This document shows, piece after piece, positions 26,762 through 36,339 of a stretch of 64,000 nt of DNA. Source of the stretch: an uncultured Planctomycetota bacterium (GTDB lineage Bacteria > Planctomycetota > CAZGEP01). A model generated the notes under the pieces. The model was not told where the DNA came from, did no database searches, and saw only the letters and a list, made by a program, of their open reading frames with translations. Positions within the stretch are counted from its first letter, which is position 1; the number at the start of each line of letters is the position of its first letter. The position numbers and the translations under genes are program-made. The DNA is taken from contig CAZGEP010000002.1 of NCBI GenBank assembly GCA_964524955.1, positions 5,591 through 69,590 on the forward strand, given 5' to 3'.

Positions 26762-28507
26762 TTATTCATCAACTTTTTCCCTGCTGATTCCCCTGATTTT
26801 ATTGATAACCTCCTCCACCGACCTTCTGTACCTGGAGTTGGTTAACTTCTTCAAAGCCGGGAGTGCGGATTCGGCATCCTGGCCCATCTCGCCGAGCGTC
26901 ACCAGGCTCATTAGAAATATTTTTTCATAACGTCTTTTATAGGAATAAGATAGCGTCTCGGTCAGCATGGGGATTGTCTCTTTTGCCTCTGCTCCGATGT
27001 TCTTGATTACATGAATCACGCGTCTGCATAAATAGTGTTTTTTCGGATCCGTGACCTCATACAGTTCCTGCAGCCTGGGGATTGCCTTTCTTCCAGCGAT
27101 TTTGGCAATGGCGTATCCTGCTGCGCCGGCCTGAGCATCCGAGGCTGCCTCATTTTTCAATATCTGGAAAAGGGTATCCAGTGCAGGTGAGGCTGCCTCA
27201 CCTATGGTTGCCAGGACCAGGGCTGCTTTTTTCTGGACCTCGATATTGATATCATTCAGCCGTTTGAGTACGGAATCCAGAACGTCTTCCATGGGTTTTC
27301 CGATAACAGCCCCGGCACTCAATGCAGAGAGGCGCATCACAGGGTCGGAGTGATTGAGCGCGGAGCGAAAAACATCCTTGTCAATCCGCTGAATATCCCT
27401 CAGGGCGTAGGCGGATTCCTCACGGATTTTCTTATGCAGGCTTTTAATTGCAGCTTCTGAAAGCATACGGATGCCCTGCGGCGTGCATTTGCCAAAAGCG
27501 CCCAGTGCGGAAAGAATCATTTTTTTGCGTATATAGGTCGCGTCCTTGTATGCGTTAACCAGCAATGGGACTGCGGGAAAGCCGTCTTTGCCGGTCTGCT
27601 TGAGTTGTTCGCAGGTGCGGATGGCTGCGGTGTCATCCGCTGTATGAAGAACCAGATCCGCCAGCGCAATCACGGATTCCCGGCTCCGAACCGCTGCAAA
27701 AACCCGGGTAATGCGTTCTGCCAGCCGAGGAAACTTCTTGTAGTCTTTTTTCAGTTTTTCAACTGGAATATCCCGAACCCCGGCACTCAAGGCCGCATCC
27801 AGCGCATATCCCAGTATCTTACGGCTCCGGCTCTTTTCAAGGATCGCAAAAATAGAGGGTTCAGCGCCGGAAACCGGTCCAAGATTCGACAAAATCTGCA
27901 AAAAGTGTCTTTTTTCAATCCTGCCCTTGGTATACAGGGGCAATATTTCACCAAATACCTGTTGACCGTACCCGGAATATCTGGACAGCATTACAACCGC
28001 CTGTTCTTTTTTGAGCAGATTCTTGCCGATCAGTTCGTGGACATGCTGTGCAATGATCCGGTTTCGTCTTTTTTCAATTTCATCGGGAAGTGCGTATCCT
28101 TTCTTGATTTTGCCGATCGCGGCAATCGCAGACCGGGCCACGGTTTCATCCTTGTCCTGCGCTGCTTTCAGGAGAAGCGGAATGTTATTTTCCGAAGCCG
28201 CTCCAAGTTCACCCAGAACATACGCGGCCTTCTCCCGAACCAATGCGTTTTTATTCAATACCAATGGGGCGATCTCTTCGGCAACCAGATCCTTCATTTT
28301 CATGTCAATCAGGTTCAGTGCCGCCTTCTGGCGGATTCGCGGGTCGGCATCGGAAAGCTGTTTTACAAATTCACGAATTTTCTGCCGGTATGCCTGTATG
28401 TATTCCTTTTCTTTGGCTGCGTTTGCTTTTTTTTTCTCCACTGCATACAGAAACGGAAGCTGAAAACAAATCAATATCAGGCAGATGAAACGGAACGTTT
28501 TTTTCAT
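26762..28507 (-). CDS. HEAT-repeat protein with N-terminal signal/anchor
   Basis: Start set at MKKTFRFICLILICFQLPFLYA. Repeated DPRIRQKAALNL / NALVREKAAYVLGELG / EVQKKAALVLATIGEAA units typical of HEAT (PBS-lyase-type) repeats. Confidence 0.7.
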   Translation of the reverse strand: MKKTFRFICLILICFQLPFLYAVEKKKANAAKEKEYIQAYRQKIREFVKQLSDADPRIRQKAALNLIDMKMKDLVAEEIAPLVLNKNALVREKAAYVLGELGAASENNIPLLLKAAQDKDETVARSAIAAIGKIKKGYALPDEIEKRRNRIIAQHVHELIGKNLLKKEQAVVMLSRYSGYGQQVFGEILPLYTKGRIEKRHFLQILSNLGPVSGAEPSIFAILEKSRSRKILGYALDAALSAGVRDIPVEKLKKDYKKFPRLAERITRVFAAVRSRESVIALADLVLHTADDTAAIRTCEQLKQTGKDGFPAVPLLVNAYKDATYIRKKMILSALGAFGKCTPQGIRMLSEAAIKSLHKKIREESAYALRDIQRIDKDVFRSALNHSDPVMRLSALSAGAVIGKPMEDVLDSVLKRLNDINIEVQKKAALVLATIGEAASPALDTLFQILKNEAASDAQAGAAGYAIAKIAGRKAIPRLQELYEVTDPKKHYLCRRVIHVIKNIGAEAKETIPMLTETLSYSYKRRYEKIFLMSLVTLGEMGQDAESALPALKKLTNSRYRRSVEEVINKIRGISREKVDE

Positions 28508-28581
28508 AATTCGTTGTCTCTCAACAAAAAGTCTGCAATTGAGTGCCACACGTATTTGTAGGCGTTAAAAACAGGTTTCCT

Positions 28582-29892
28582 TCAAGATTTCAATTTCCCG
28601 CGCACAAACGCCTCTGCCTCATGACGGGTTTTTATACGGCCTTCAAGCTGCGCATCCAGCATCTGATCCTTGATCCGTCCGACCGCAGGGCCTTCCTCAA
28701 CACCTAAGTCCATGATATCATTTCCGTTAAGCAATGGGGGCGGCAGCTCAGGCGCATTGAACTCCTCTTCAAATTCCTTGAGTTTTCGTTTGCAGAAATC
28801 CACGTTTTCTGTCATATTGTGACTGGCCTGGCAGTCAATCCGATGGAGTTCCAGGTGTTCGGAAAAATTATCCATGAGCAGAAAGCGTTTGAGCGTGGAT
28901 TCCCTCATTTTCTGCACATTCATGAAGTCAATGTGCTTTTCCACCAGCTTTTCAATCCGCTGAGTCTCCCGCGAGGACATCTTGAGCCTGCGGCAGATCC
29001 CGGCTGCCATGCGGGCACCGACCCGGTCATGGTGGTTGAAGCGTATCCGGTCCGCCACCTCAAATGTGGACGGCTTGCCGATATCATGAAAAAGTACAGC
29101 AAAGGAAAGCGTTACAGAGAGCGGCGGATCAGCTTTTTCAAAACAGAGCTGGGTGTGTTTCCACACATCCCCTTCCGGATGAAACGCCTTTGGCTGCTCT
29201 ACTCCCTTGAGTGCAGCGACCTCCGGAAGCAGGGGCTCCAGCAGTCCGGTCTGATCAAGCAGACTGAGGGCTCGTGCCGGCCTGGGACCGGTAAACATCT
29301 TCTGAAGCTCGTCACTGATCCGCTCCATGCTGATATCCGTAATCCTGTGCGCGATCTGTGTAATCGAACGATATGTCTCGGGCTCCAGTGTGAAATCCAG
29401 TTCGGCCGCAAACCGTACCGCCCGAAGCATGCGAAGCTTGTCCTCGTCAAAACGCGATCCCGGATCACCGACCGCCCGGATAATTCCTGCCTCCAGGTCT
29501 TCGCGTCCGCCCTTTAAATCGATTACACTCTTTGACTCCGGATCATACAGCATGGCGTTTACCGTAAAATCACGGCGCTTGACATCCTCTTCACGGGTGG
29601 AAAATTCCACACCCGTTGGCCGTCGGCCGTCAATATAACACCTGTCGGACCGAAAGGTGGCAACTTCAAAACTTTCTCCCTCATGCCGGACCAGTATCAC
29701 ACCGAATTTGGCTCCCACCGGGATCGTAACCGGAAAGATCCTGCATACCTCTTCCGGCCTGCAGGAAGTGACAATATCAATATCCCTGCTCTCCCGGCCC
29801 ATCAGAATGTCCCGGACACACCCGCCCACAAAATACGCTTGATGGCCCCGGTGTGTAAGGGTCCTGACAATATGCTCTGCTTTTTTAATCAT
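28582..29892 (-). CDS. cca: CCA-adding tRNA nucleotidyltransferase / poly(A) polymerase family with HD domain
   Basis: GGCVRDILMGRESRDIDIVT head-domain motif and the HD motif VLFHDIGKP. 436 aa. Confidence 0.85.
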   Translation of the reverse strand: MIKKAEHIVRTLTHRGHQAYFVGGCVRDILMGRESRDIDIVTSCRPEEVCRIFPVTIPVGAKFGVILVRHEGESFEVATFRSDRCYIDGRRPTGVEFSTREEDVKRRDFTVNAMLYDPESKSVIDLKGGREDLEAGIIRAVGDPGSRFDEDKLRMLRAVRFAAELDFTLEPETYRSITQIAHRITDISMERISDELQKMFTGPRPARALSLLDQTGLLEPLLPEVAALKGVEQPKAFHPEGDVWKHTQLCFEKADPPLSVTLSFAVLFHDIGKPSTFEVADRIRFNHHDRVGARMAAGICRRLKMSSRETQRIEKLVEKHIDFMNVQKMRESTLKRFLLMDNFSEHLELHRIDCQASHNMTENVDFCKRKLKEFEEEFNAPELPPPLLNGNDIMDLGVEEGPAVGRIKDQMLDAQLEGRIKTRHEAEAFVRGKLKS

Positions 29893-30281
29893 TTGAGTGC
29901 TTTTTTGACAACAGTGGAAAGCACATCCAGCTTTACCGGTTTTTCCAGAATCTCGAAAACCGTGTCAAAGGATCGGAGTTTTTTGATGATATTTTCGGTG
30001 AGAAACCCTGAGATAATAATGACCTTGATATTGAATTCAGCTTCCTGCAGGTAGCTGACCTCCTCAAGACCACCGCCTCCGGGCATGATCAGATCGGTAA
30101 TAATCAGATCAAATTCATTGACAATCGCGGATCGAATGGCTTCCCGGCCGCCCTTTGTAACCGTAACATAGTATCCCTCACGCTCCAGAAATGTCTTGAG
30201 AATTCCCCGCACCTGTTTATCGTCATCAACAATAAGGATGGAAGCCAAAACAATCTCCTTAACATACAGGTTTGCAGACAA
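29889..30281 (-). CDS. stand-alone response-regulator receiver (CheY-like)
   Basis: ILIVDDD..., DLIITDLIMPG and K near the C-terminus. 130 aa. Its stop overlaps the cca start by 4 nt. Confidence 0.8.
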   Translation of the reverse strand: MSANLYVKEIVLASILIVDDDKQVRGILKTFLEREGYYVTVTKGGREAIRSAIVNEFDLIITDLIMPGGGGLEEVSYLQEAEFNIKVIIISGFLTENIIKKLRSFDTVFEILEKPVKLDVLSTVVKKALK

Positions 30282-30499
30282 CTTAAAGTATGTATTATAG
30301 CCTGAAATTAATATTTTTCAAGGGTAAATTACCCAATGCAGCAGAGCTTCCGGCAAATTCGTTATAATCGGAAAAACACACCTCAGAAACCTTCAACGCC
30401 CAACCATATCAGACAACACACACAATAATTATTATATTAACCATATTAGACTTATGATTGTTTAGTTGACCGCGGTTGTCAGCGACAGCCTCTCCGTCC

Positions 30500-31333
30500 T
30501 TAACTGACACCCAGTTGATGTAAAATCCTGCTCAAATCTTCGTTGTTGTAAAAGTCTATGATTAATTTTGATTTTCTTTTTCCATTTTTTATTTCTACTC
30601 GTGCGCCAAGTGCTGAACTGATCCTCTCTTCAATGGCTTTATGGTCAGCAGACTTAGGTGCACTGGAGTATTTTTTTTCTGAAGCAATTTTCTCGCACTG
30701 ACGAACAGAAAGACCTGCAGAAACAATCCGGTTATACAGACGGATCCTGCTCTCTTTGGACTCTACTGCAAGCAGGGCTCTGGCATGGCCCATTGTAATT
30801 GTTCCACGTGAAACACCCTCTTTTATCTTCTCCGGCAGGCTCAGCAAACGAATAAAATTAGCAATAGTACTTCTATCTACGCCAATCATTTCAGCGATCT
30901 GTTCCTGAGACATCCTGTTCTTTTCCGCAAGGTCCCTGAATGCACTTGCCTTTTCTATTGGATCCAGATCCTCTCTTTGAAGGTTTTCAATAAGTGCAAG
31001 TACTGCCATTTGCTGATCATCAGCTTCTCGCACATTGCATGTCACTCGCTGCCAGCCCAGGCTTTTTACTGCACGAAGTCTTCTTTCTCCGGCAATAAGC
31101 TCATAGCCTGACTCATTCTTACGCACAAGTATCGGCTGAAGTAATCCGTTTTTATCGATACTCAGAGCAAGCTCTTTAATCTTTTCTTCACTGAATTCGG
31201 TTCGAGGTTGAAATGGGTTTCTTTTTATACTTGTTATTTCAATGTCAACCCTGCCGGACATTTCACCTGTTTTTAGCGATCCCTCGATTCGACTCATCAA
31301 TGAATTAAGCCCGCGTCCCAACTTTCTTTCCAT
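30500..31333 (-). CDS. parB: chromosome partitioning protein ParB/Spo0J
   Basis: GERRLRA and LIENLQREDL boxes plus an HTH region. 277 aa. Confidence 0.9.
   Translation of the reverse strand: MERKLGRGLNSLMSRIEGSLKTGEMSGRVDIEITSIKRNPFQPRTEFSEEKIKELALSIDKNGLLQPILVRKNESGYELIAGERRLRAVKSLGWQRVTCNVREADDQQMAVLALIENLQREDLDPIEKASAFRDLAEKNRMSQEQIAEMIGVDRSTIANFIRLLSLPEKIKEGVSRGTITMGHARALLAVESKESRIRLYNRIVSAGLSVRQCEKIASEKKYSSAPKSADHKAIEERISSALGARVEIKNGKRKSKLIIDFYNNEDLSRILHQLGVS
30800..30815. other. parS centromere-like site (inside parB)
   Basis: TGTTCCACGTGAAACA matches the consensus TGTTNCACGTGAAACA. Confidence 0.75.
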
Positions 31334-32039
31334 GCGCTATAACCTCCTGTGCTACAGCAAGATAAGCCACGCAGCCCATACTTGATATATTGTATTCAAC
31401 AATTGATTTTCCATGACTTGGGGCTTCAGCCAGTTCTGGATCAAACGGAATTCCCGGCTGTAGCACATCATCCTTGAAATATTCTTTTACCTCTTCATAT
31501 ACTTCCACTTCAAGCTGATTGTCTATGTCAAGCATAGTCGGAAGAACTTTAATATCAAGCTTTTTTTCCGTTACTGACTTTATCAAAGTTATTATCTGCG
31601 TTACTCCCTCCAAAGACATATACTGACATTGAACAGGAACAATGGCCAAATCAGCAATGGCAACACCTGTTAATGTTGTATTTTCCAAAGAGGGGGGGCA
31701 ATCCATAACCAGATATTCACAATCCTCAGAAGCACGCTCCAGCGTATTCTGCAATTCAAAAGCAGTACAACCCCTGTGTCTTTTTTCAAATGTGCTTGGA
31801 ATCAGAAATAGATTTGAAACACTTGTCGTTTTTATATCACTCAATGAAAATTCCGGATTGAAGACCGACCTTTCCGGCTCTTGTGAATCTACACCCAGGC
31901 TACTTCCAGCATTGGCCTGCAGGTCAAGATCTGCAAGTATTGTTCTTCCCTTTAAGGCCAGGGCGGAAGCAATATTTACTGCGGTTGTGGTCTTTCCCAC
32001 ACCACCCTTTTGATTACAAACTACTATTTTTAAGGTCAT
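31305..32039 (-). CDS. parA: chromosome partitioning ATPase ParA/Soj
   Basis: Start set at MTLKIVVCNQKGGVGKTTT (deviant Walker A). The longer ORF would translate through the parS palindrome. Confidence 0.9.
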   Translation of the reverse strand: MTLKIVVCNQKGGVGKTTTAVNIASALALKGRTILADLDLQANAGSSLGVDSQEPERSVFNPEFSLSDIKTTSVSNLFLIPSTFEKRHRGCTAFELQNTLERASEDCEYLVMDCPPSLENTTLTGVAIADLAIVPVQCQYMSLEGVTQIITLIKSVTEKKLDIKVLPTMLDIDNQLEVEVYEEVKEYFKDDVLQPGIPFDPELAEAPSHGKSIVEYNISSMGCVAYLAVAQEVIAHGKKVGTRA

Positions 32040-32045
32040 TATGAT

Positions 32046-32061
32046 TGTTTCACGTGAAACA
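32046..32061. other. parS centromere-like site (perfect palindrome) 7 nt upstream of parA
   Basis: TGTTTCACGTGAAACA is a perfect 16-bp palindrome matching the parS consensus. Confidence 0.85.
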
Positions 32062-32092
32062 TTTTGTTGCAAAATTTACGAATCAGAATCTG

Positions 32093-32716
32093 TCAGTCCG
32101 AGTTGGATTCATCAACCGGATATTCAGGCCCACTGAAAAACCTGCCTGATGTTCGCTTTTTATTCATATCATCACGTGTAATGCTGTCTGAATCAATTAA
32201 TCGAACATGGACTTTTGTCTTTACTTCCCGGTCAATACCTTTAAGCAATTCCTGAAATCTTTCCTTGGCAACTCTCTGAATTGTTGCAAGTTTTTCCGGA
32301 ATCACTGCACCGCTTTGAATTTGAGTTCGAATATGACAGACAACTGCTCGTTTTCTTGCGGTAGGAACCGCCAGCCGAAGCGAAACAGACTCAACATCGT
32401 CAACTTCAGCAATAACCCTTTTAATTGATGCCTCAAGGCTGGAAACAGAAACTTCAACTTCTCCCTGATCCGTAACAAAGGACAACTCTCTCTCCCGATC
32501 ACTCCCGCGCAGCTTCATCAGCACCCAGAACACCTGCATCACAACCAAGGCAATACCTGCCATTCCAAATGCAATGCGTGTAAAAAGAAATTTGCTGTTG
32601 CCTTCAAGCATTGCGATTGTATCAGCGCTTTTAAAGCAAAGGGAAATTAGAAAAAACCCGAATAACAAGACAATCAGCCATGTGAATATTTTTATTGCAA
32701 TGTCCAGCAGATTCAT
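32093..32716 (-). CDS. membrane-anchored Asp23/AmaP-like protein (tentative)
   Basis: Two N-terminal TM helices, then EVEVSVSSLEASIKRVIAEVDDVESVSLRL...KTKVHVRLID, which resembles the Asp23/alkaline-shock fold pattern. Confidence 0.4.
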   Translation of the reverse strand: MNLLDIAIKIFTWLIVLLFGFFLISLCFKSADTIAMLEGNSKFLFTRIAFGMAGIALVVMQVFWVLMKLRGSDRERELSFVTDQGEVEVSVSSLEASIKRVIAEVDDVESVSLRLAVPTARKRAVVCHIRTQIQSGAVIPEKLATIQRVAKERFQELLKGIDREVKTKVHVRLIDSDSITRDDMNKKRTSGRFFSGPEYPVDESNSD

Positions 32717-32718
32717 TT

Positions 32719-34098
32719 TCAGTTCTCCTCGTTTAACAGCCGTTTTTCTACAAAAGAGGTGTCGATCTTACCCCGTTGAAAATCCATATGTTCAAGAATA
32801 TTTATGGTAAAGGGGATGGTCGTATGTATACCTTGAATTTCATAGTTGTTCAGGGATTTGATTGCTCTGCTGATGGCCTCTTCTCTGCTTTGCCCCCATA
32901 CGATAAGCTTGGAAAGCAGGGAATCATAATATGCGGGTATTGTATAACCGGTATACAGATGAGAGTCGACCCGTACTTCCTTGTCCGAGGGAGCGGAATA
33001 AATTGAAACGGTTCCTGGACATGGACGAAATTCATTCATGGAATCCTCTGCATTGATTCTACACTCGATCGCACACCCATTGAACTGAATATCCTCCTGT
33101 TTAAGCCCCAGGGTTTCTCTGCTGGATACAGCAAGCTGTTTTTCAACAATATCAATACCGGTGATTATTTCAGTCACTGGATGCTCCACCTGAAGCCGTG
33201 TATTGACCTCCATAAAATAAAAGTCATCGTTCTTGTCCAAGAGAAATTCAAACGTGCCCGCATTGGTATATCCGATTTCCCTGGCCAGGGCCACAGCTGC
33301 ATCGGATATTTGCTTTCTCTTTTCCGGGCCTATGGCTGGTGACGGACTCTCTTCGATAAGTTTCTGGTGACGCCGCTGAACCGTGCAGTCCCGTTCACCG
33401 AGGTGTACAATATTGCCGTAGTTATCTGCCAGAATCTGAATTTCAATATGCTTGGGATTTTCGATAAGCTTTTCAATATATATATCCGAATTGCTGAATG
33501 CGGATTCTGCCTCAGCCCGGGCCGCGTAAAAGGCGTTGGCCAGACTGACTTCATTGTGCGCCTGACGCATACCTCTTCCGCCGCCGCCGCCCGCGGCCTT
33601 AATCATCACCGGATAACCGATTTTCTTGGCAACCCGAACCGCGTCTTCCACCGAAGCAATCAGTCCCTCGCTGCCCGGAACAACCGGAACGCCTGCTTTC
33701 TGGACAATTTCACGCGCCCGGGATTTATCACCAAAGTTCTTCATGACCTCGGTGGAGGGCCCAATGAATTCAATCTCACAGGAACGGCATATATCGGCAA
33801 AATGTATATTTTCCGAAAGGAATCCATAGCCGGGATGGATCGCTTCCACATCGGAGATTTCCGCTGCCGTGATAATCCGCTTGATATCCAGATAACTTTC
33901 ATTGCTCATGCCGGGTCCAATGCAGATAGACATATCAGCGAGCCTGACCGGAAGCGAATCACGGTCTGCGTCAGAATATACCAGAACGGTCTCGATTCCG
34001 ATTTCCCGGCATGTCTTGATTATACGCAGAGCAATTTCACCTCTGTTGGCAATTAATATTCGTGAAAACAAATTGGGGTACTCCTTTGCCTTACGCAA
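32719..34098 (-). CDS. accC: acetyl-CoA carboxylase biotin carboxylase subunit
   Basis: ILIANRGEIALRI, ATP-grasp GGGGRGM, and EMNTRLQVEHPVTE-type motif (MEVNTRLQVEHPVTE). Confidence 0.95.
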   Translation of the reverse strand: MRKAKEYPNLFSRILIANRGEIALRIIKTCREIGIETVLVYSDADRDSLPVRLADMSICIGPGMSNESYLDIKRIITAAEISDVEAIHPGYGFLSENIHFADICRSCEIEFIGPSTEVMKNFGDKSRAREIVQKAGVPVVPGSEGLIASVEDAVRVAKKIGYPVMIKAAGGGGGRGMRQAHNEVSLANAFYAARAEAESAFSNSDIYIEKLIENPKHIEIQILADNYGNIVHLGERDCTVQRRHQKLIEESPSPAIGPEKRKQISDAAVALAREIGYTNAGTFEFLLDKNDDFYFMEVNTRLQVEHPVTEIITGIDIVEKQLAVSSRETLGLKQEDIQFNGCAIECRINAEDSMNEFRPCPGTVSIYSAPSDKEVRVDSHLYTGYTIPAYYDSLLSKLIVWGQSREEAISRAIKSLNNYEIQGIHTTIPFTINILEHMDFQRGKIDTSFVEKRLLNEEN

Positions 34099-34181
34099 TT
34101 TATTTCTTGCAAGCTGTTGCAGTGCAATATGTTATATATTTTTCAGTTTCAATACACTCGAATTATGACTCGTATTCGTTA

Positions 34182-34646
34182 TCAGCCGACAGAGACCCTG
34201 AACAGAACCTGACCGTATTCAACCGGTTGAGCATTTTCCACCATAACCTCCACAATCTTACCGGAAAAGCCGGCCTTGATTTCATTCATGACCTTCATTG
34301 CTTCAATAATGCAGACCACGGATTCGTCGGTTACCTGATCACCCTCATTTATTAAGAAATCGTTTTCCGGACTTGATGAACGATAAAAGGTTCCGACCAT
34401 GGGGGATTTGATTTCTAAATAATCCCCTTGCGGTTCAGCCTGCGCATTTCCGCTTTCAACCGGCTGCGAAGAAGGAGCAAGTTGCGGTCCGGAAGCAGCA
34501 GGCAGTGGATGCGCGGAAACCAACGCGGGGCCGGTGGTCTCTTTTTTTCGAAGCTTTATCTTGAATTCCGGCTCTTCGAGTTCAATTTCATCCAGATCGT
34601 TCTCTTCCATGATCTTCAGAAGATATCGTATTCGTTTGGAAGACAT
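34182..34646 (-). CDS. accB: biotin carboxyl carrier protein
   Basis: Biotinylation motif IEAMKVMNEI near the C-terminus and a Pro/Ala linker. 154 aa. Confidence 0.9.
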   Translation of the reverse strand: MSSKRIRYLLKIMEENDLDEIELEEPEFKIKLRKKETTGPALVSAHPLPAASGPQLAPSSQPVESGNAQAEPQGDYLEIKSPMVGTFYRSSSPENDFLINEGDQVTDESVVCIIEAMKVMNEIKAGFSGKIVEVMVENAQPVEYGQVLFRVSVG

Positions 34647-34663
34647 ATCATTTCTCCAGAAAT

Positions 34664-35221
34664 TTATACGCGTTCGACATACCGGTTTTCCTTTGTGTCA
34701 ATTTTAAGCACATCCCCTTCATTCACAAACAGGGGCACGTTCACAGTGGCGCCGGTTTCAAGGGTAACAGATTTTTCAGCGCCTGTGGCAGTATCGCCTT
34801 TTACACCAGGCTCGGCCATAGTAACCTTGAGCTCTACAAATCTCGGCGGATCCACAGACACGATTTCATCGTCCGCGGTCACAACCTTGACTTTCATATT
34901 TTCCTTCATGTATGGCAAAAAATCCGTCAGATACTCTTCGCCAAGCGGTATCTGATCGTATGTTTCACTGTCCATGAAGATGTAGCTGCTTCCGTCGCGA
35001 TACAGGTATTCATAATTTTTCTGATCCATCATTACCTGTTCAAATTTTTCCGTAGGCCGTATGGTTTCCTCGATGATGGAGCGGGTGCTGATGTTCTTAA
35101 CTTTAAGCCGGACAAAAGCGCCTCCCTTTCCGGGCTTGATGTGCTGATAATCCATAATCTCGGATTTGTTCCCCTTGTATACAATGGTCATCCCCTTTTT
35201 GAATTGATTCGGTGCTATCAT
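34664..35221 (-). CDS. efp: elongation factor P
   Basis: Start set at MIAPNQFKKGMTIVY. KPGKGGAFVRLKVKN loop present. The longer ORF would overlap pepP. Confidence 0.9.
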   Translation of the reverse strand: MIAPNQFKKGMTIVYKGNKSEIMDYQHIKPGKGGAFVRLKVKNISTRSIIEETIRPTEKFEQVMMDQKNYEYLYRDGSSYIFMDSETYDQIPLGEEYLTDFLPYMKENMKVKVVTADDEIVSVDPPRFVELKVTMAEPGVKGDTATGAEKSVTLETGATVNVPLFVNEGDVLKIDTKENRYVERV

Positions 35222-35246
35222 TATCTCTACGATCCTCCTTCTCCGG

Positions 35247-36332
35247 TTAAGAAACGGTGCAGCTCTGAACATCCTTGGGTATGGTTGTAAGAGTCTCTCT
35301 GGATTTTTCAGTAACAACCACAAGGTCCTCAATTCGAATACCGCCCAGCCCGGGAATATAAATTCCCGGCTCGACTGTAATAACCATACCGGGTTTCAAC
35401 ACCTGCTCGCTTTTACTGTTGACCGTGGGCTGTTCATGAACTTCCAGCCCAACACCGTGACCGGTCGCGTGGCCGAAACAATCGCCATACCCATGCTTCT
35501 CAATGACCTTCCTGGTCTTTTTATCTACCTCAGATGCCGGCTCACCGGGTTTGACAGCCTCCAGACCGGCCTGGTTGGCCTCCAAAACAATTTTGTATAC
35601 ATCCTGAAGCTTTGCGCCAGTCCTGCCGATCAGAAAACTCCGGGTACAGTCGCTGGCATACATGCCGTTTGTAAATCCCCAGTCTACCAGAAAAACACCT
35701 TTCTTTCCTATCGCTTTCCGGGTGGGTACGGAATGCGGATATGCGGACCGTGCCCCCCATGCTGCAATACAGGGAAAGGCATGACCGTCAGCACCCAGGT
35801 TTCCGGCCTTGTTGTAAAGTGCTGCGGCAAATGTTTTTTCCTGTGTGCCGGTCTTGATCAAATTTCTAACCTGCGAAAACGCCTGATCCGAAATACAGAC
35901 CGCCTTGCGGATCGATCGGATCTCTGACCGATCCTTGACTGCCCGGAATGCCCGGATAACACCTTTTCCGAAAATAACCTTTTTGCCTCTGAGCGCTTTT
36001 TTCACAGCTCCGGCATCGGAATAGAGCAGGGAGTCGGTTTCCACAAAAACCTTCCTGACCCGGGTATTTCGTACTACCTCCTCGAGTTTTTTACTAAAAG
36101 GAACTGCGCGATCCAGAACATCCAATTCCGGTCTCTTTTTGCGGATCTCCAGGCTGTAACAGGAATCCGTAAAAACAAAAGTCTGCCGCAGTGTAATCCC
36201 GATTCTAGTTCTGGCATCCAGACAGAGCCCGGTAATCCACCTGACATTACAGGGATCACTGATAACATACAGTCCCGCACTGCCCTTAACATATTTCTGT
36301 AGCCTGCTTACGCGTCTATTGCTGTCAGTCAA
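35247..36332 (-). CDS. M24-family Xaa-Pro aminopeptidase/dipeptidase
   Basis: HATGHGVGLEVHEQP and IRIEDLVVVT motifs of the pita-bread fold. 361 aa. Confidence 0.85.
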   Translation of the reverse strand: MTDSNRRVSRLQKYVKGSAGLYVISDPCNVRWITGLCLDARTRIGITLRQTFVFTDSCYSLEIRKKRPELDVLDRAVPFSKKLEEVVRNTRVRKVFVETDSLLYSDAGAVKKALRGKKVIFGKGVIRAFRAVKDRSEIRSIRKAVCISDQAFSQVRNLIKTGTQEKTFAAALYNKAGNLGADGHAFPCIAAWGARSAYPHSVPTRKAIGKKGVFLVDWGFTNGMYASDCTRSFLIGRTGAKLQDVYKIVLEANQAGLEAVKPGEPASEVDKKTRKVIEKHGYGDCFGHATGHGVGLEVHEQPTVNSKSEQVLKPGMVITVEPGIYIPGLGGIRIEDLVVVTEKSRETLTTIPKDVQSCTVS

Positions 36333-36339
36333 TTCAATG

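Noticed and set aside
34664-35332. Long versions of several ORFs: efp from 35332, parA from 32072, sulfatase from 48115, porin from 10540, gyrB from 61369, and the 146-aa protein from 16716
   Set aside because: The N-terminal extensions overlap the upstream gene, a parS site or a repeat element. They precede internal Met codons that give canonical N-termini or signal peptides with better ribosome-binding sites.
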